The notes under the pieces were generated by a model. That model did no database searches and had not been told where the DNA came from. It saw only the letters and a program-made list of their open reading frames with translations. From Acidimicrobiia bacterium (GTDB taxonomy: Bacteria; Actinomycetota; Acidimicrobiia; Acidimicrobiales; GCA-2861595), in the NCBI GenBank assembly GCA_046566225.1, contig JBKHXC010000307.1, positions 1 to 33,972 on the forward strand: a stretch of 33,972 nucleotides of DNA, read 5' to 3'. Shown piece by piece: positions 6,653 through 17,842 of this stretch. Both the position numbers and the translations under genes were made by a program. The first letter of the stretch is position 1; every line of letters starts with the position of its first letter.

Positions 6653-8715
6653 GCGGCCAGCGACGGCTGGCGGAGGTGGGCGCCGCCCGCCGCCGGGCCG
6701 CCCACGCCCTGGGGCGGGTGTCGGTGGTGGACCCGGTGGCCCGGTGGTGGGCGGGCCGGTCCCTGCCCGTCAAGGTGGCGGCCTTCGCCGCCGCCCTCGC
6801 CTTCGCCGTCTGGTACCCGACCACGCTGTCCACCTACTGGCAGAGCGTGCTGTTCTTCCCGGTGGGGGTGTACGTCGTCCTCGCCCTGGGGCTCAACATC
6901 GTGGTGGGCGCGGCGGGGCTCCTCGACCTCGGCTACGTGGCGTTCTACGCCGTCGGCGCGTACACCACCGCCCAGCTCACCACCGCGTCGGGCCTCACCG
7001 CCTGGGAGGCGCTGCCGGTGGCCATCGTCGTCGCCATGGTGGCGGGCGTGATCCTCGGCACCCCCACCCTGCGCCTGCGGGGCGACTACCTGGCCATCGT
7101 CACCCTGGGGTTCGGCGAGATCGTGCGCATCGTCGCCCAGAACAGCGAGTCGCTGGGCGAGGCGCGGGGCATCACCGGGATCCCCCACCCGTCGGCCGTG
7201 CTCGGCACCGAGTTCGCCTTCGCCCCCCTGCCCTACTACTACGTGACCCTGGTCGCCGCCGTCCTGGCCGTGGTCATGACCGTGCGCCTGAACCGGTCCC
7301 GCGTGGGCCGGGCCTGGTCCGCCGTCCGGGAGGACGAGGACGCGGCCGAGGCCATGGGGGTGCACACCTTCACCATGAAGCTGTGGGCCTTCGCCGTCGG
7401 GGCGTCGATCGGCGGGATGGGAGGGTGGATCTACGCCAGCAAGGTGAGCTTCATCAACCCCGACAACTTCCCCTTCTTCTTCTCGGTCATCATCCTCTCG
7501 GCGGTGGTGCTGGGCGGCATGGGGTCGGTCCCCGGCGTCATCGCCGGGGGCTTCGCCATCGCCTTCATCCCCGAGTACCTGCGGGCCGCGCCGGCGGGCG
7601 AGACCCTCACCCGGTGGCTGAACACGCTCACCGGCGGCGACGTGGCCACCATCACCGAGTACCGCGTGCTGCTGTTCGGGCTGGTGCTGGTGGTGATGAT
7701 GGTCTTCCGGCCCCAGGGCCTGATCCCCAGCCGCCAGCGGGCGGCCGAGCTGGCCGAGGCGGGGCCGACCGGCGGCCTGGCCGCCAGCCCGGCCGTGCCC
7801 GAGGAGGCCGACGGCGTCGAGGACGGCGCCGGCGACGCCGGGGAGGCGCCGGCGGAGGCCGCCGTCGCGGCCGGCGCCGGTCCGGGGGGCGACGTCGATG
7901 CGGAGCTGCCCGAGGCCGTGGCCCGGGCCGCCGCCCAGGGGGCCGACGTGGTGCTCGAGCTGCGCGACCTGACCATGGAGTTCGGCGGGGTCGTGGCCCT
8001 CGACCGGGTGTCGGTGGCCGTCGAGCGGGGGCTGATCTTCGGCATCATCGGGCCCAACGGCGCCGGCAAGACCACGCTGTTCAACTGCGTCACCGGCGTG
8101 TTCCGGCCCACGGCGGGCGCCATCGCCCTCAACGGGCGGAGCATCGTGGGCAGGAAGCCCCACCGCATCACCGAGGCCGGCATCGCCCGCACGTTCCAGA
8201 ACATCCGCCTGTTCCCCGACATGACGGCCGTGGAGAACGTCATGGTGGGCGCCGACGCCCGCCACCGCACCAGCGTACCGGGGGCGCTGCTCGGGCTCCC
8301 CCGCCACCGCCGGGAGGAGCGCACGGGGCGGGCCGAGGCCCGGCGCCTGCTGGAGTACGTGGGGATCGCCCACCGGGCCGGCGAGCGGGCCCGCAACCTT
8401 CCCTACGGCGACCAGCGCCGCCTGGAGATCGCGCGCGCCGTCGCCACCGGGCCGAGTGTCCTCCTGCTCGACGAGCCGGCGGCCGGCATGAACCCCACCG
8501 AGAAGCGGGGCCTCATCGAGCTGATCCGCACCATCCGCGACTCGGGGCTCACCGTCGTGCTGATCGAGCACGACATGGCGCTGGTGATGGGGGTCTGCGA
8601 CCGGGTGGCGGTGCTCGACTTCGGCCAGAAGATCGCCGAGGGGCCGCCGGCCGAGATCCAGCAGGACCCCCGCGTCATCGAGGCCTACCTCGGGGTGGTG
8701 GCCGATGCTCCTTGA
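6649..8715 (+). CDS. fused branched-chain amino acid ABC transporter permease (LivM) / ATP-binding protein (LivG)
   Basis: ATG 6649 overlaps the livH stop as ATGA. The LivM permease core (GLLDLGYVAFYAVGAYT...) is followed, with no stop codon, by an A/G/E/P-rich linker (about 7741..7947). The LivG ATPase follows: Walker A GPNGAGKTT, signature LPYGDQRRLEIA, Walker B LLLDEPAAG. Confidence 0.8.
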   Translation: MSGQRRLAEVGAARRRAAHALGRVSVVDPVARWWAGRSLPVKVAAFAAALAFAVWYPTTLSTYWQSVLFFPVGVYVVLALGLNIVVGAAGLLDLGYVAFYAVGAYTTAQLTTASGLTAWEALPVAIVVAMVAGVILGTPTLRLRGDYLAIVTLGFGEIVRIVAQNSESLGEARGITGIPHPSAVLGTEFAFAPLPYYYVTLVAAVLAVVMTVRLNRSRVGRAWSAVREDEDAAEAMGVHTFTMKLWAFAVGASIGGMGGWIYASKVSFINPDNFPFFFSVIILSAVVLGGMGSVPGVIAGGFAIAFIPEYLRAAPAGETLTRWLNTLTGGDVATITEYRVLLFGLVLVVMMVFRPQGLIPSRQRAAELAEAGPTGGLAASPAVPEEADGVEDGAGDAGEAPAEAAVAAGAGPGGDVDAELPEAVARAAAQGADVVLELRDLTMEFGGVVALDRVSVAVERGLIFGIIGPNGAGKTTLFNCVTGVFRPTAGAIALNGRSIVGRKPHRITEAGIARTFQNIRLFPDMTAVENVMVGADARHRTSVPGALLGLPRHRREERTGRAEARRLLEYVGIAHRAGERARNLPYGDQRRLEIARAVATGPSVLLLDEPAAGMNPTEKRGLIELIRTIRDSGLTVVLIEHDMALVMGVCDRVAVLDFGQKIAEGPPAEIQQDPRVIEAYLGVVADAP

Positions 8716-9478
8716 GCTCGACGACGTCCACGTCCACTACGGCAAGGTGGCGGCGCTGAAGGGCGTCTCCCTGTCGGTGGACGAGGGCGAGATCGTCACC
8801 CTCATCGGGGGGAACGGCGCCGGCAAGTCCACCACCCTGAAGACGATCTCCGGCCTGCGACCGGTCACGTCGGGCTCCATCCGGTTCCAGGGCGAGGACA
8901 TCGTCGGCGTCCCCGCCCACCGCCTGGTCGAGCGGGGGCTGTCCCACGCCCCGGAGGGCCGGGGCATCTTCCCGGGGATGACGGTGATGGAGAACCTGGA
9001 GATGGGCGCCTACGCCCGCAAGCGGCGGCGGGCGGGGGCGGGCGCCGACCTGGACCGGGTCTTCGAGCTGTTCCCCCGCCTGGCCGAGCGCAGGGGCCAG
9101 CCGGGCGGCACCCTGTCGGGCGGGGAGCAGCAGATGCTCGCCATCGGCCGGGCCCTGATGGCCGGGCCCCGGGTGCTCCTGCTCGACGAGCCGTCCATGG
9201 GCCTGGCGCCCATGCTGGTCACCCAGATCTTCGACATCGTCTCGGAGATCAACCGCCAGGGCACGACGATCCTGCTGGTCGAGCAGAACGCGGCCCAGGC
9301 CCTGTGCCGGGCCCACCGGGCCTACGTGCTGGAGACGGGCCGCATCGTGCGCAGCGACACCGCCGCCGCCCTCCTCGACGACGAGTCGGTGAAGGCGGCG
9401 TACCTGGGCGGCGACGTGGGCAACAGCGGCAGGAGCGGCGGAACTCGACCGAACGGAGTGAGCGAAGCGAACGAATGA
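8705..9478 (+). CDS. livF: branched-chain amino acid ABC transporter ATP-binding protein LivF, with repeat-derived C-terminal extension
   Basis: Walker A GGNGAGKST, signature LSGGEQQML, Walker B LLLDEPS. The canonical family C-terminus ...KAAYLGG is reached at 9412. A further 21 codons (DVGNSGRSGGTRPNGVSEANE) and the TGA stop follow, the last ~12 of them plus the stop lying inside repeat copy A. Confidence 0.85.
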   Translation: MLLELDDVHVHYGKVAALKGVSLSVDEGEIVTLIGGNGAGKSTTLKTISGLRPVTSGSIRFQGEDIVGVPAHRLVERGLSHAPEGRGIFPGMTVMENLEMGAYARKRRRAGAGADLDRVFELFPRLAERRGQPGGTLSGGEQQMLAIGRALMAGPRVLLLDEPSMGLAPMLVTQIFDIVSEINRQGTTILLVEQNAAQALCRAHRAYVLETGRIVRSDTAAALLDDESVKAAYLGGDVGNSGRSGGTRPNGVSEANE

Positions 9479-9487
9479 GGTCGACGC
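9442..9487 (+). repeat. interspersed ~46-nt repeat, copy A (sense orientation)
   Basis: AACTCGACCGAACGGAGTGAGCGAAGCGAACGAATGAGGTCGACGC. 42/44 identical to the reverse complement of 28547..28590. Its last 21 nt are identical to 28756..28776. Termini TCGACC...GGTCGA are inverted. Confidence 0.8.
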
Positions 9488-9488
9488 A

Positions 9489-10193
9489 CTAGGGCCGCTC
9501 GAGGCCGACGCCGGCCAGCACCTCGGGGAGGTCGGCGACCAGGCCGGTGGTGAAGGGGCCGAACTCGGCGTAGACGGCCGACGCCTCGTCGAAGCGCATG
9601 GTGTGCACCACCTCCTTGAGGTCGTCGGGCCGCACGGCGAAGAGGGTGACGCCCCACTCCCAGTCGTCCACGCCGGTGGAGCCGGTGACCAGCTGGAGGA
9701 CGCGCCCCTTGAACGCCCGGCCCGAGGCCCCGTGCTCGTGCATCAGGCGCCGGCGCTCCTCGAACGCCAGGGTGTACCAGTTCTGGCCCGGTGCCCGCCG
9801 CTTCGACATGGGGTAGAAGCAGATGGCCCGCATCCCCTCCGGAGGGAGCTGGGGGTACAGGCGGGACCGGAGCAACTCGTCGGGCATGCCCTGGGCGTAC
9901 TCGGACACCTCGGTGAGCGACACGTAGGAGTCGACGACCTCGAGCCCGGCCGCCGCCACCGCCGTCTGGAAGGACCGCAGCCGCCACAGGTCGGGCCCCA
10001 GGGCCAGGAAGCCCACGTCGGCCTTGTGGCCGAGCACGGCGAAACACACCACCTGGTGGTCGCCGGTGCGGGCGGCCTTGACGGCGGCCACGACGGCTTC
10101 ACGGTCGGTGGTGGCAGCGGGCCGGCAGAACAGGTGCAGCACGCCCCACCCGGTGGAGGGGGTGAGGGGCTCGGGGCCGGCGGCGCTAGTCAC
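9489..10193 (-). CDS. hemQ: chlorite dismutase-family protein, coproheme decarboxylase HemQ/ChdC-like
   Basis: 234 aa from GTG 10193 (GTGACTAG, an 8-nt overlap with the upstream stop). Typical HemQ segments are present: WGVLHLF, YVSLTEVSEY, FYPMSKRR, NWY, GRVLQLVTGSTGVDDWEWGVTLFA. Confidence 0.8.
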   Translation of the reverse strand: MTSAAGPEPLTPSTGWGVLHLFCRPAATTDREAVVAAVKAARTGDHQVVCFAVLGHKADVGFLALGPDLWRLRSFQTAVAAAGLEVVDSYVSLTEVSEYAQGMPDELLRSRLYPQLPPEGMRAICFYPMSKRRAPGQNWYTLAFEERRRLMHEHGASGRAFKGRVLQLVTGSTGVDDWEWGVTLFAVRPDDLKEVVHTMRFDEASAVYAEFGPFTTGLVADLPEVLAGVGLERP

Positions 10194-12762
10194 GGGCGCG
10201 GCGCTGGCGGCGGGAGGGGGACGCCTCCTCGACGTGGCCGGCGACCGGCTCCCTGTCGCCGTCGCCCGCCGGGCCGGCATCGGCCCCGCCGCCGGGCGCC
10301 GGCCGGTCGCCGGCGCCGGGCGCCACCTCCTCGGCCTCCGCCTCGACGACCGGCGGCGACGGGGGATCGAAGGCGGCCAGGCGGCCGGTGGGGCCGGGCG
10401 AGCCGTTCCTGCCGTTGGGCGACCACCGGGGCAGGGGGAGGTCGACGCGCCCGTGGCCCTTGTGGGCGGCGACGGCGCGGGCGTGGTACTGCTCGGCCAC
10501 GGCCATGAACCGGGGGTCGTGGTACGGGCGGCCGTCGACCAGGGGCCCCCGGTGGCCCTCGATGATGGCCTCGATGTCCTCGCCGGTGAGCGTCTTGTAG
10601 GTCTCCAGGGCGTGGGCGACGGCGAGCACCTCCCGGCGGTTGTCCCGCAGGAGCGCCTCGGTGCGGACCTCCAGCTCCTTCAGCTTGGCCTCGACCCGCC
10701 GGCCCAGCTCCGTCTCCAGCATGTTGCGCGAGGTGCCGTCCACCACCGGGGTGGCGTTGCCGGCGCCCTTGGCGACGGCGTGCGACCCGACGGTGGCGCC
10801 CATGCCCCAGTACCCCTCCATGTACATGACCACCTGGGTGGCCATCTGGAGGTCCTGGCTGACGCCCGAGGAGCTGTCGTCGTCGAAGAACATCCTCTCG
10901 CCCACCAGCGAGGCGATGCTGGTCATGACGTCGGCCTCGTACTCGGTGCGCCACGAGGTGAACTGCTCCTCGATCGGGATGGGCGAGACCATGCCGAGGT
11001 AGCTCTGGCCCTTCTCGATGGTGGCGATGTCGATGGTGAGGTTCTCCTGGAGCCGGTAGGAGGCGACGGCGTGGCACGCCTCGTGGATGGCCACCGCGTG
11101 GCGCTCGCGCTCGATGTACTCCACGTCCTCGGGCGGGCCCAGGCTCTTGAGGATCTTCGCCTTGACGATGTCCTTCCAGGTGATCACGTCCCGCCCGTCG
11201 CGGATGGCCACCACCAGCGCCTCGTTGACGAGGTCCTTGATGGTGGCGCCGGTGGCGTAGGGCGTGATGGTGGCCAGCTTCTCCAGCTGCTCGGGGGTGA
11301 TCTCGTGCCTCACCTTGTCGAGGTAGCCCTGGTAGGTGCGCTTCCGGCCCTCCTTGGAGGGGTAGCCCACCCGGTAGATGCGGTCGATGCGGCCGGGCCG
11401 CAGCAGGGCGTCGTCGAGGGCCTGCGGCATGTTGGTGGCCATCATGATGAGCATCCGGTACTTGGGCGGCGGCTTGGGCCGCATGCCCAGGGCCCGGCGC
11501 ACCACCCGGTTCACGAAGCCGCGGGGCTTCTTGAGCCCCGACAGCTCGGCCAGCAGGGCCTGGAGGGTGCCCATCCCGCCGCCGCCCATCCCCGCCCCGA
11601 CGAACAGGCCCTTCACGCCGCCCGGCCTCGGCTCGGCGGTGGCCGGGGCCCCGTGGGGCGAGTGCAGCAGGTCGACGGTGCGGGGGGCGAGGTAGGCCAT
11701 GCCGTGGCACGCCGGGGTGGCCGACCACGGCGCCGGCTCCATGTGCCCACCGAAGCCGCCGGGCCCCCCGGCGCCGCCGCCGGCCAGGGCCCCCCGGTTG
11801 CCCAGCGAGTCGGCCTCGTCGAAGAAGGCGATCACCCCGCCGTAGCGCACCGCCAGCTTGCGCAGCTTGCGGAACAGGGCCTTGACCTTGAGGATGCCCA
11901 CCCCGATGAACATGTTGGTGAAGGCGCCGGGGTCAACGAACACGTAGGGCTTGCCCGTCTCGCCCGCCACCGCCTCGGCCATCAGGGTCTTGCCCGTGCC
12001 CGGCGGGCCCCACAGCAGGATGCCGCCGGGGACGTAGCCGCCCTTCTCCTCGATCGCCTCCGGGTTCTCGAGGAACAGCATGTTCTCCTTGACCCGCTCG
12101 ACCACCTGGTCCTGGCCCCACACGTCGGAGAAGCGGGTCTTGATGTCCTCCGGGAAGTACGTCTCCACGCCGCCCCGGGACAGGAACCAGAAGATGGCGA
12201 CGAACTGGATGACGGCGATGAACATGAAGAACATCACCTGGACGATCATGGGCAGGGCGTTCCAGAGGGCGGTGGGCAGCCGGAACAGGCCCTGCACCGG
12301 GGAGACGTCGTAGGCCTTGCCCAGCAGCACCGACACCAGGGCCAGGACCAGGAGCCACTTGAGGGCCCGGGCCAGGCGGAACCGGGTCCAGTCGTTCATC
12401 CTCCCGGTCCGCCTCTCCAGCCGGGCGAACGCCTCCGTCCAGAGCCCGTGGTAGCCGGCCCAGCGCTCGCTGGCCAGGTAGTGGACCTGGCGGAGCGCCT
12501 CGACGCCCATCAGGACCAGGATCCAGGCGCTGGACCGCACGTGGGTGCGCACGGCGTCGGCGAAGGGCAGGTTGGGGTCCTCGGCCATGGCCGCCCACAC
12601 CAGGACCAGCCACGCCCCGCCCAAAAGGACGAGGAACTTGACCCGGTCCCAGGCGGCGACCGGCTTGCGGGTCGGGCGCCCGGCGCCCGGCGGGGGCGCC
12701 GGCCCCCGGTCGTGGTCGGGCCAGGCCAGCCCGCCCCGGCGGTCGTCGCGGTTGTCGGTCAA
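10186..12762 (-). CDS. atypical FtsH-family membrane AAA+ ATPase / M41 zinc metalloprotease
   Basis: TTG 12762 overlaps the upstream stop as TTGA. Several N-terminal TM segments. Walker A GPPGTGKT, Walker B VIAFFDEAD, sensor-1/SRH MLIMMATNMPQALDDALLRPGRIDR, M41 motif HEACHAV. About 115 aa (11455..11799) lie between Walker B and sensor-1. The N-terminal 190 codons of the track ORF were rejected as R/G/P-rich. Confidence 0.8.
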   Translation of the reverse strand: MTDNRDDRRGGLAWPDHDRGPAPPPGAGRPTRKPVAAWDRVKFLVLLGGAWLVLVWAAMAEDPNLPFADAVRTHVRSSAWILVLMGVEALRQVHYLASERWAGYHGLWTEAFARLERRTGRMNDWTRFRLARALKWLLVLALVSVLLGKAYDVSPVQGLFRLPTALWNALPMIVQVMFFMFIAVIQFVAIFWFLSRGGVETYFPEDIKTRFSDVWGQDQVVERVKENMLFLENPEAIEEKGGYVPGGILLWGPPGTGKTLMAEAVAGETGKPYVFVDPGAFTNMFIGVGILKVKALFRKLRKLAVRYGGVIAFFDEADSLGNRGALAGGGAGGPGGFGGHMEPAPWSATPACHGMAYLAPRTVDLLHSPHGAPATAEPRPGGVKGLFVGAGMGGGGMGTLQALLAELSGLKKPRGFVNRVVRRALGMRPKPPPKYRMLIMMATNMPQALDDALLRPGRIDRIYRVGYPSKEGRKRTYQGYLDKVRHEITPEQLEKLATITPYATGATIKDLVNEALVVAIRDGRDVITWKDIVKAKILKSLGPPEDVEYIERERHAVAIHEACHAVASYRLQENLTIDIATIEKGQSYLGMVSPIPIEEQFTSWRTEYEADVMTSIASLVGERMFFDDDSSSGVSQDLQMATQVVMYMEGYWGMGATVGSHAVAKGAGNATPVVDGTSRNMLETELGRRVEAKLKELEVRTEALLRDNRREVLAVAHALETYKTLTGEDIEAIIEGHRGPLVDGRPYHDPRFMAVAEQYHARAVAAHKGHGRVDLPLPRWSPNGRNGSPGPTGRLAAFDPPSPPVVEAEAEEVAPGAGDRPAPGGGADAGPAGDGDREPVAGHVEEASPSRRQRRARD

Positions 12763-13415
12763 CGTTCCCTCACCTTCCAGGAGTCGACGACCTTGTCGAT
12801 CTCGCCCTCGTTGGCGGCATAGCACTCGTCGTCGCAGCTGATGGCCAGGACGTGCACCCGGGTCAGGGCGGCGTCCACCAGGGCGATCTGGCGCCACTTC
12901 ACCAGGCCGTCCGAGGTCTTGAGGTTGAGGAGCAGCTCGCTGCCGTTGAGGTGGCCCCGGTTGACCTCCCGGCTCTCGAGCACCTCGACGTCGCCCTGGA
13001 GCCGAGCCTCGGCGGAGAGGGGGTCGAAGCTCAACAGCAGCGAACGCAGGTCCGACAGCGAGAAGGTGTCCCGCTGGCCGGGGAGCAGGCGGCGCACCTG
13101 GACCAGCCCGGTCGGGTGGTCGGCCACCGACAGGACGTGGTCCAGCGACGGCTTGGGCGAGGCGTCGAACGCCACCGACCAGGACAGCTCCTTGAACTGC
13201 TCCTTGGACTCGGGGGACTCCTCGCTCGACGCCAGCAGTTCGTCCTCGTCGTAGAGCGTCCAGTCCGACGGCACCCGCACGAAGGTGCGGTCCGACGTGC
13301 TCTTCACGTAGTGGTAGCGGGGAGCGCCGCACGCCCCGAGCGCCAGCGCCAGCGCGGCCGCGACCGCGGCGGCGGCGACCACCCGCTCGCTGCGCCGCGG
13401 ACCGCCCGATCCCAC
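12759..13415 (-). CDS. hypothetical lipoprotein, first gene of the FtsH-like/HemQ operon
   Basis: Lipobox AAALALALGAC after a basic n-region (VGSGGPRRSERVV...). The mature part has normal composition (YHYVKSTSDRTFVRVPSDWTLYDEDELL...). The start is uncertain: GTG 13415 was chosen, GTG 13448 is the alternative. Confidence 0.6.
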   Translation of the reverse strand: MGSGGPRRSERVVAAAAVAAALALALGACGAPRYHYVKSTSDRTFVRVPSDWTLYDEDELLASSEESPESKEQFKELSWSVAFDASPKPSLDHVLSVADHPTGLVQVRRLLPGQRDTFSLSDLRSLLLSFDPLSAEARLQGDVEVLESREVNRGHLNGSELLLNLKTSDGLVKWRQIALVDAALTRVHVLAISCDDECYAANEGEIDKVVDSWKVRER

Positions 13416-13482
13416 GAGGCCCAGGCTACCCGTCGCCCGCCGGCTCACGGCCTCGCCGACTTTCGGCGCCCGGGGCCGGCGG

Positions 13483-16943
<3,461 letters not shown>

Positions 16944-16944
<1 letters not shown>

Positions 16945-16973
16945 TGCTACGACCAACCTGGCACTCGACGCAA
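16944..16973 (-). promoter_or_regulatory. candidate groEL promoter embedded between the two CIRCE elements
   Basis: Minus strand: TTGCGT (16973..16968), 18-nt spacer, TAGCAT (16949..16944, TANNNT type). The -35 lies in the spacer of CIRCE-2 and the -10 abuts CIRCE-1. Confidence 0.35.
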
Positions 16974-16984
16974 GCGAGTGCCAG
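16958..16984 (-). promoter_or_regulatory. CIRCE element 2 (variant)
   Basis: CTGGCACTC-GACGCAAGC-GAGTGCCAG is a perfect 9-bp inverted repeat with a 9-nt spacer. It differs from consensus only in the outer 3 positions. Confidence 0.7.
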
Positions 16985-17004
16985 CCGCCCCCCGGCCAGC
17001 CCCC

Positions 17005-17493
17005 TCAGGCCCGGTCCCGCTCGGCCTCGGCGCCGAAGCGGCGGGGGCGGTTGAACGCCGACTCCAGGCGCTCGAGCAGCTCGGCCTTCTTGAGCTCGGC
17101 CTCCCGCCGGTCGGCCAGCTGGCCGGGCGGCGTCTTGAGCAGGCGGCGCACGGTGACGACCAGCTCGTCGGGGTCGAAGGGCTTGGTGAGGTACTCGTCG
17201 GCGCCCAGCTCCCAGCCCCGCACGAAGTCCCGCTCGGCGGTGCGCGCCGTGAGGAGGACCACCCGGGCCTCGGGGGCCAGGCCGGACTGGCGGCGGGCCC
17301 GGAGCACGGCGAAGCCGTCGAAGCCCGGCATCATCACGTCCAGCACCAGGCAGTCCGGCGCCTGGCGCTGGAGGGCCGCCACCGCCTGGTGGCCGTCGGC
17401 CGCCTCCCGCACCTCGAAGCCGGCGTCCTCGAGGGTGAAGGCCAGGATGGCTCGGATGTCGACGTCGTCGTCGACGATCAGGACCTCGGGCAT
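17005..17493 (-). CDS. single-domain (receiver-only) response regulator with short C-terminal coiled-coil tail
   Basis: Starts at ATG 17493: MPEVLIVDDDVDIRAIL... Acidic pocket DDD, phospho-acceptor in LVLDVMMPGFDG, T in VVLLTAR, K in YLTKPF. About 40 aa of charged helical tail. No kinase gene in the window. Confidence 0.85.
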   Translation of the reverse strand: MPEVLIVDDDVDIRAILAFTLEDAGFEVREAADGHQAVAALQRQAPDCLVLDVMMPGFDGFAVLRARRQSGLAPEARVVLLTARTAERDFVRGWELGADEYLTKPFDPDELVVTVRRLLKTPPGQLADRREAELKKAELLERLESAFNRPRRFGAEAERDRA

Positions 17494-17551
17494 AGCGAGG
17501 CTATCGGCACGCCCCCGGCGGCGGTTGAGGATCCCTCCGAAACTCGACGGA

Positions 17552-17830
17552 TCAGCCGCCGCCGGCGACGGCCGGAACGATCGACACGGTCTGGCCCGGC
17601 GACACCGGCGTCTCCAGCCCCTGGAGGAAGCGGACGTCCTCGTCGGCCACGAAGACGTTGACGAAGCGGCGCAGCCTCCGGTCGCCGTCGAAGAGGCGCT
17701 CCCCGAAGCCGGGGTGGGCCGCCTCCAGGGCGGCCAGGACCTCGCCGACCGTGCCACCCTCCAGGCTGACGTCGGCGGCGCCCCCGGTGAGGGTGCGCAG
17801 CTGCGTGGGGATCCGCACGGTGACGCTCAT
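17552..17830 (-). CDS. MoaD/ThiS-family sulfur-carrier protein (C-terminal GG); candidate MetO/CysO-like
   Basis: 92 aa. Beta-grasp pattern MSVTVRIPTQLRTLTGG...GTVGEVLAAL...FVNVFVADEDVR...VSPGQTVSIVPAVAGGG, ending in Gly-Gly. Lies 12 nt downstream of the ThrC-like gene. Confidence 0.8.
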   Translation of the reverse strand: MSVTVRIPTQLRTLTGGAADVSLEGGTVGEVLAALEAAHPGFGERLFDGDRRLRRFVNVFVADEDVRFLQGLETPVSPGQTVSIVPAVAGGG

Positions 17831-17842
17831 CGGCTCGGGATC

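Noticed and set aside
7948-8715. Annotating LivG as a separate gene starting at the in-frame GTG 7948/7951
   Set aside because: There is no stop codon between LivM and LivG, and no SD-like sequence before these GTGs (the upstream sequence is GGGGCCGAC). The fused ORF is the most economical reading. Internal initiation remains untested.
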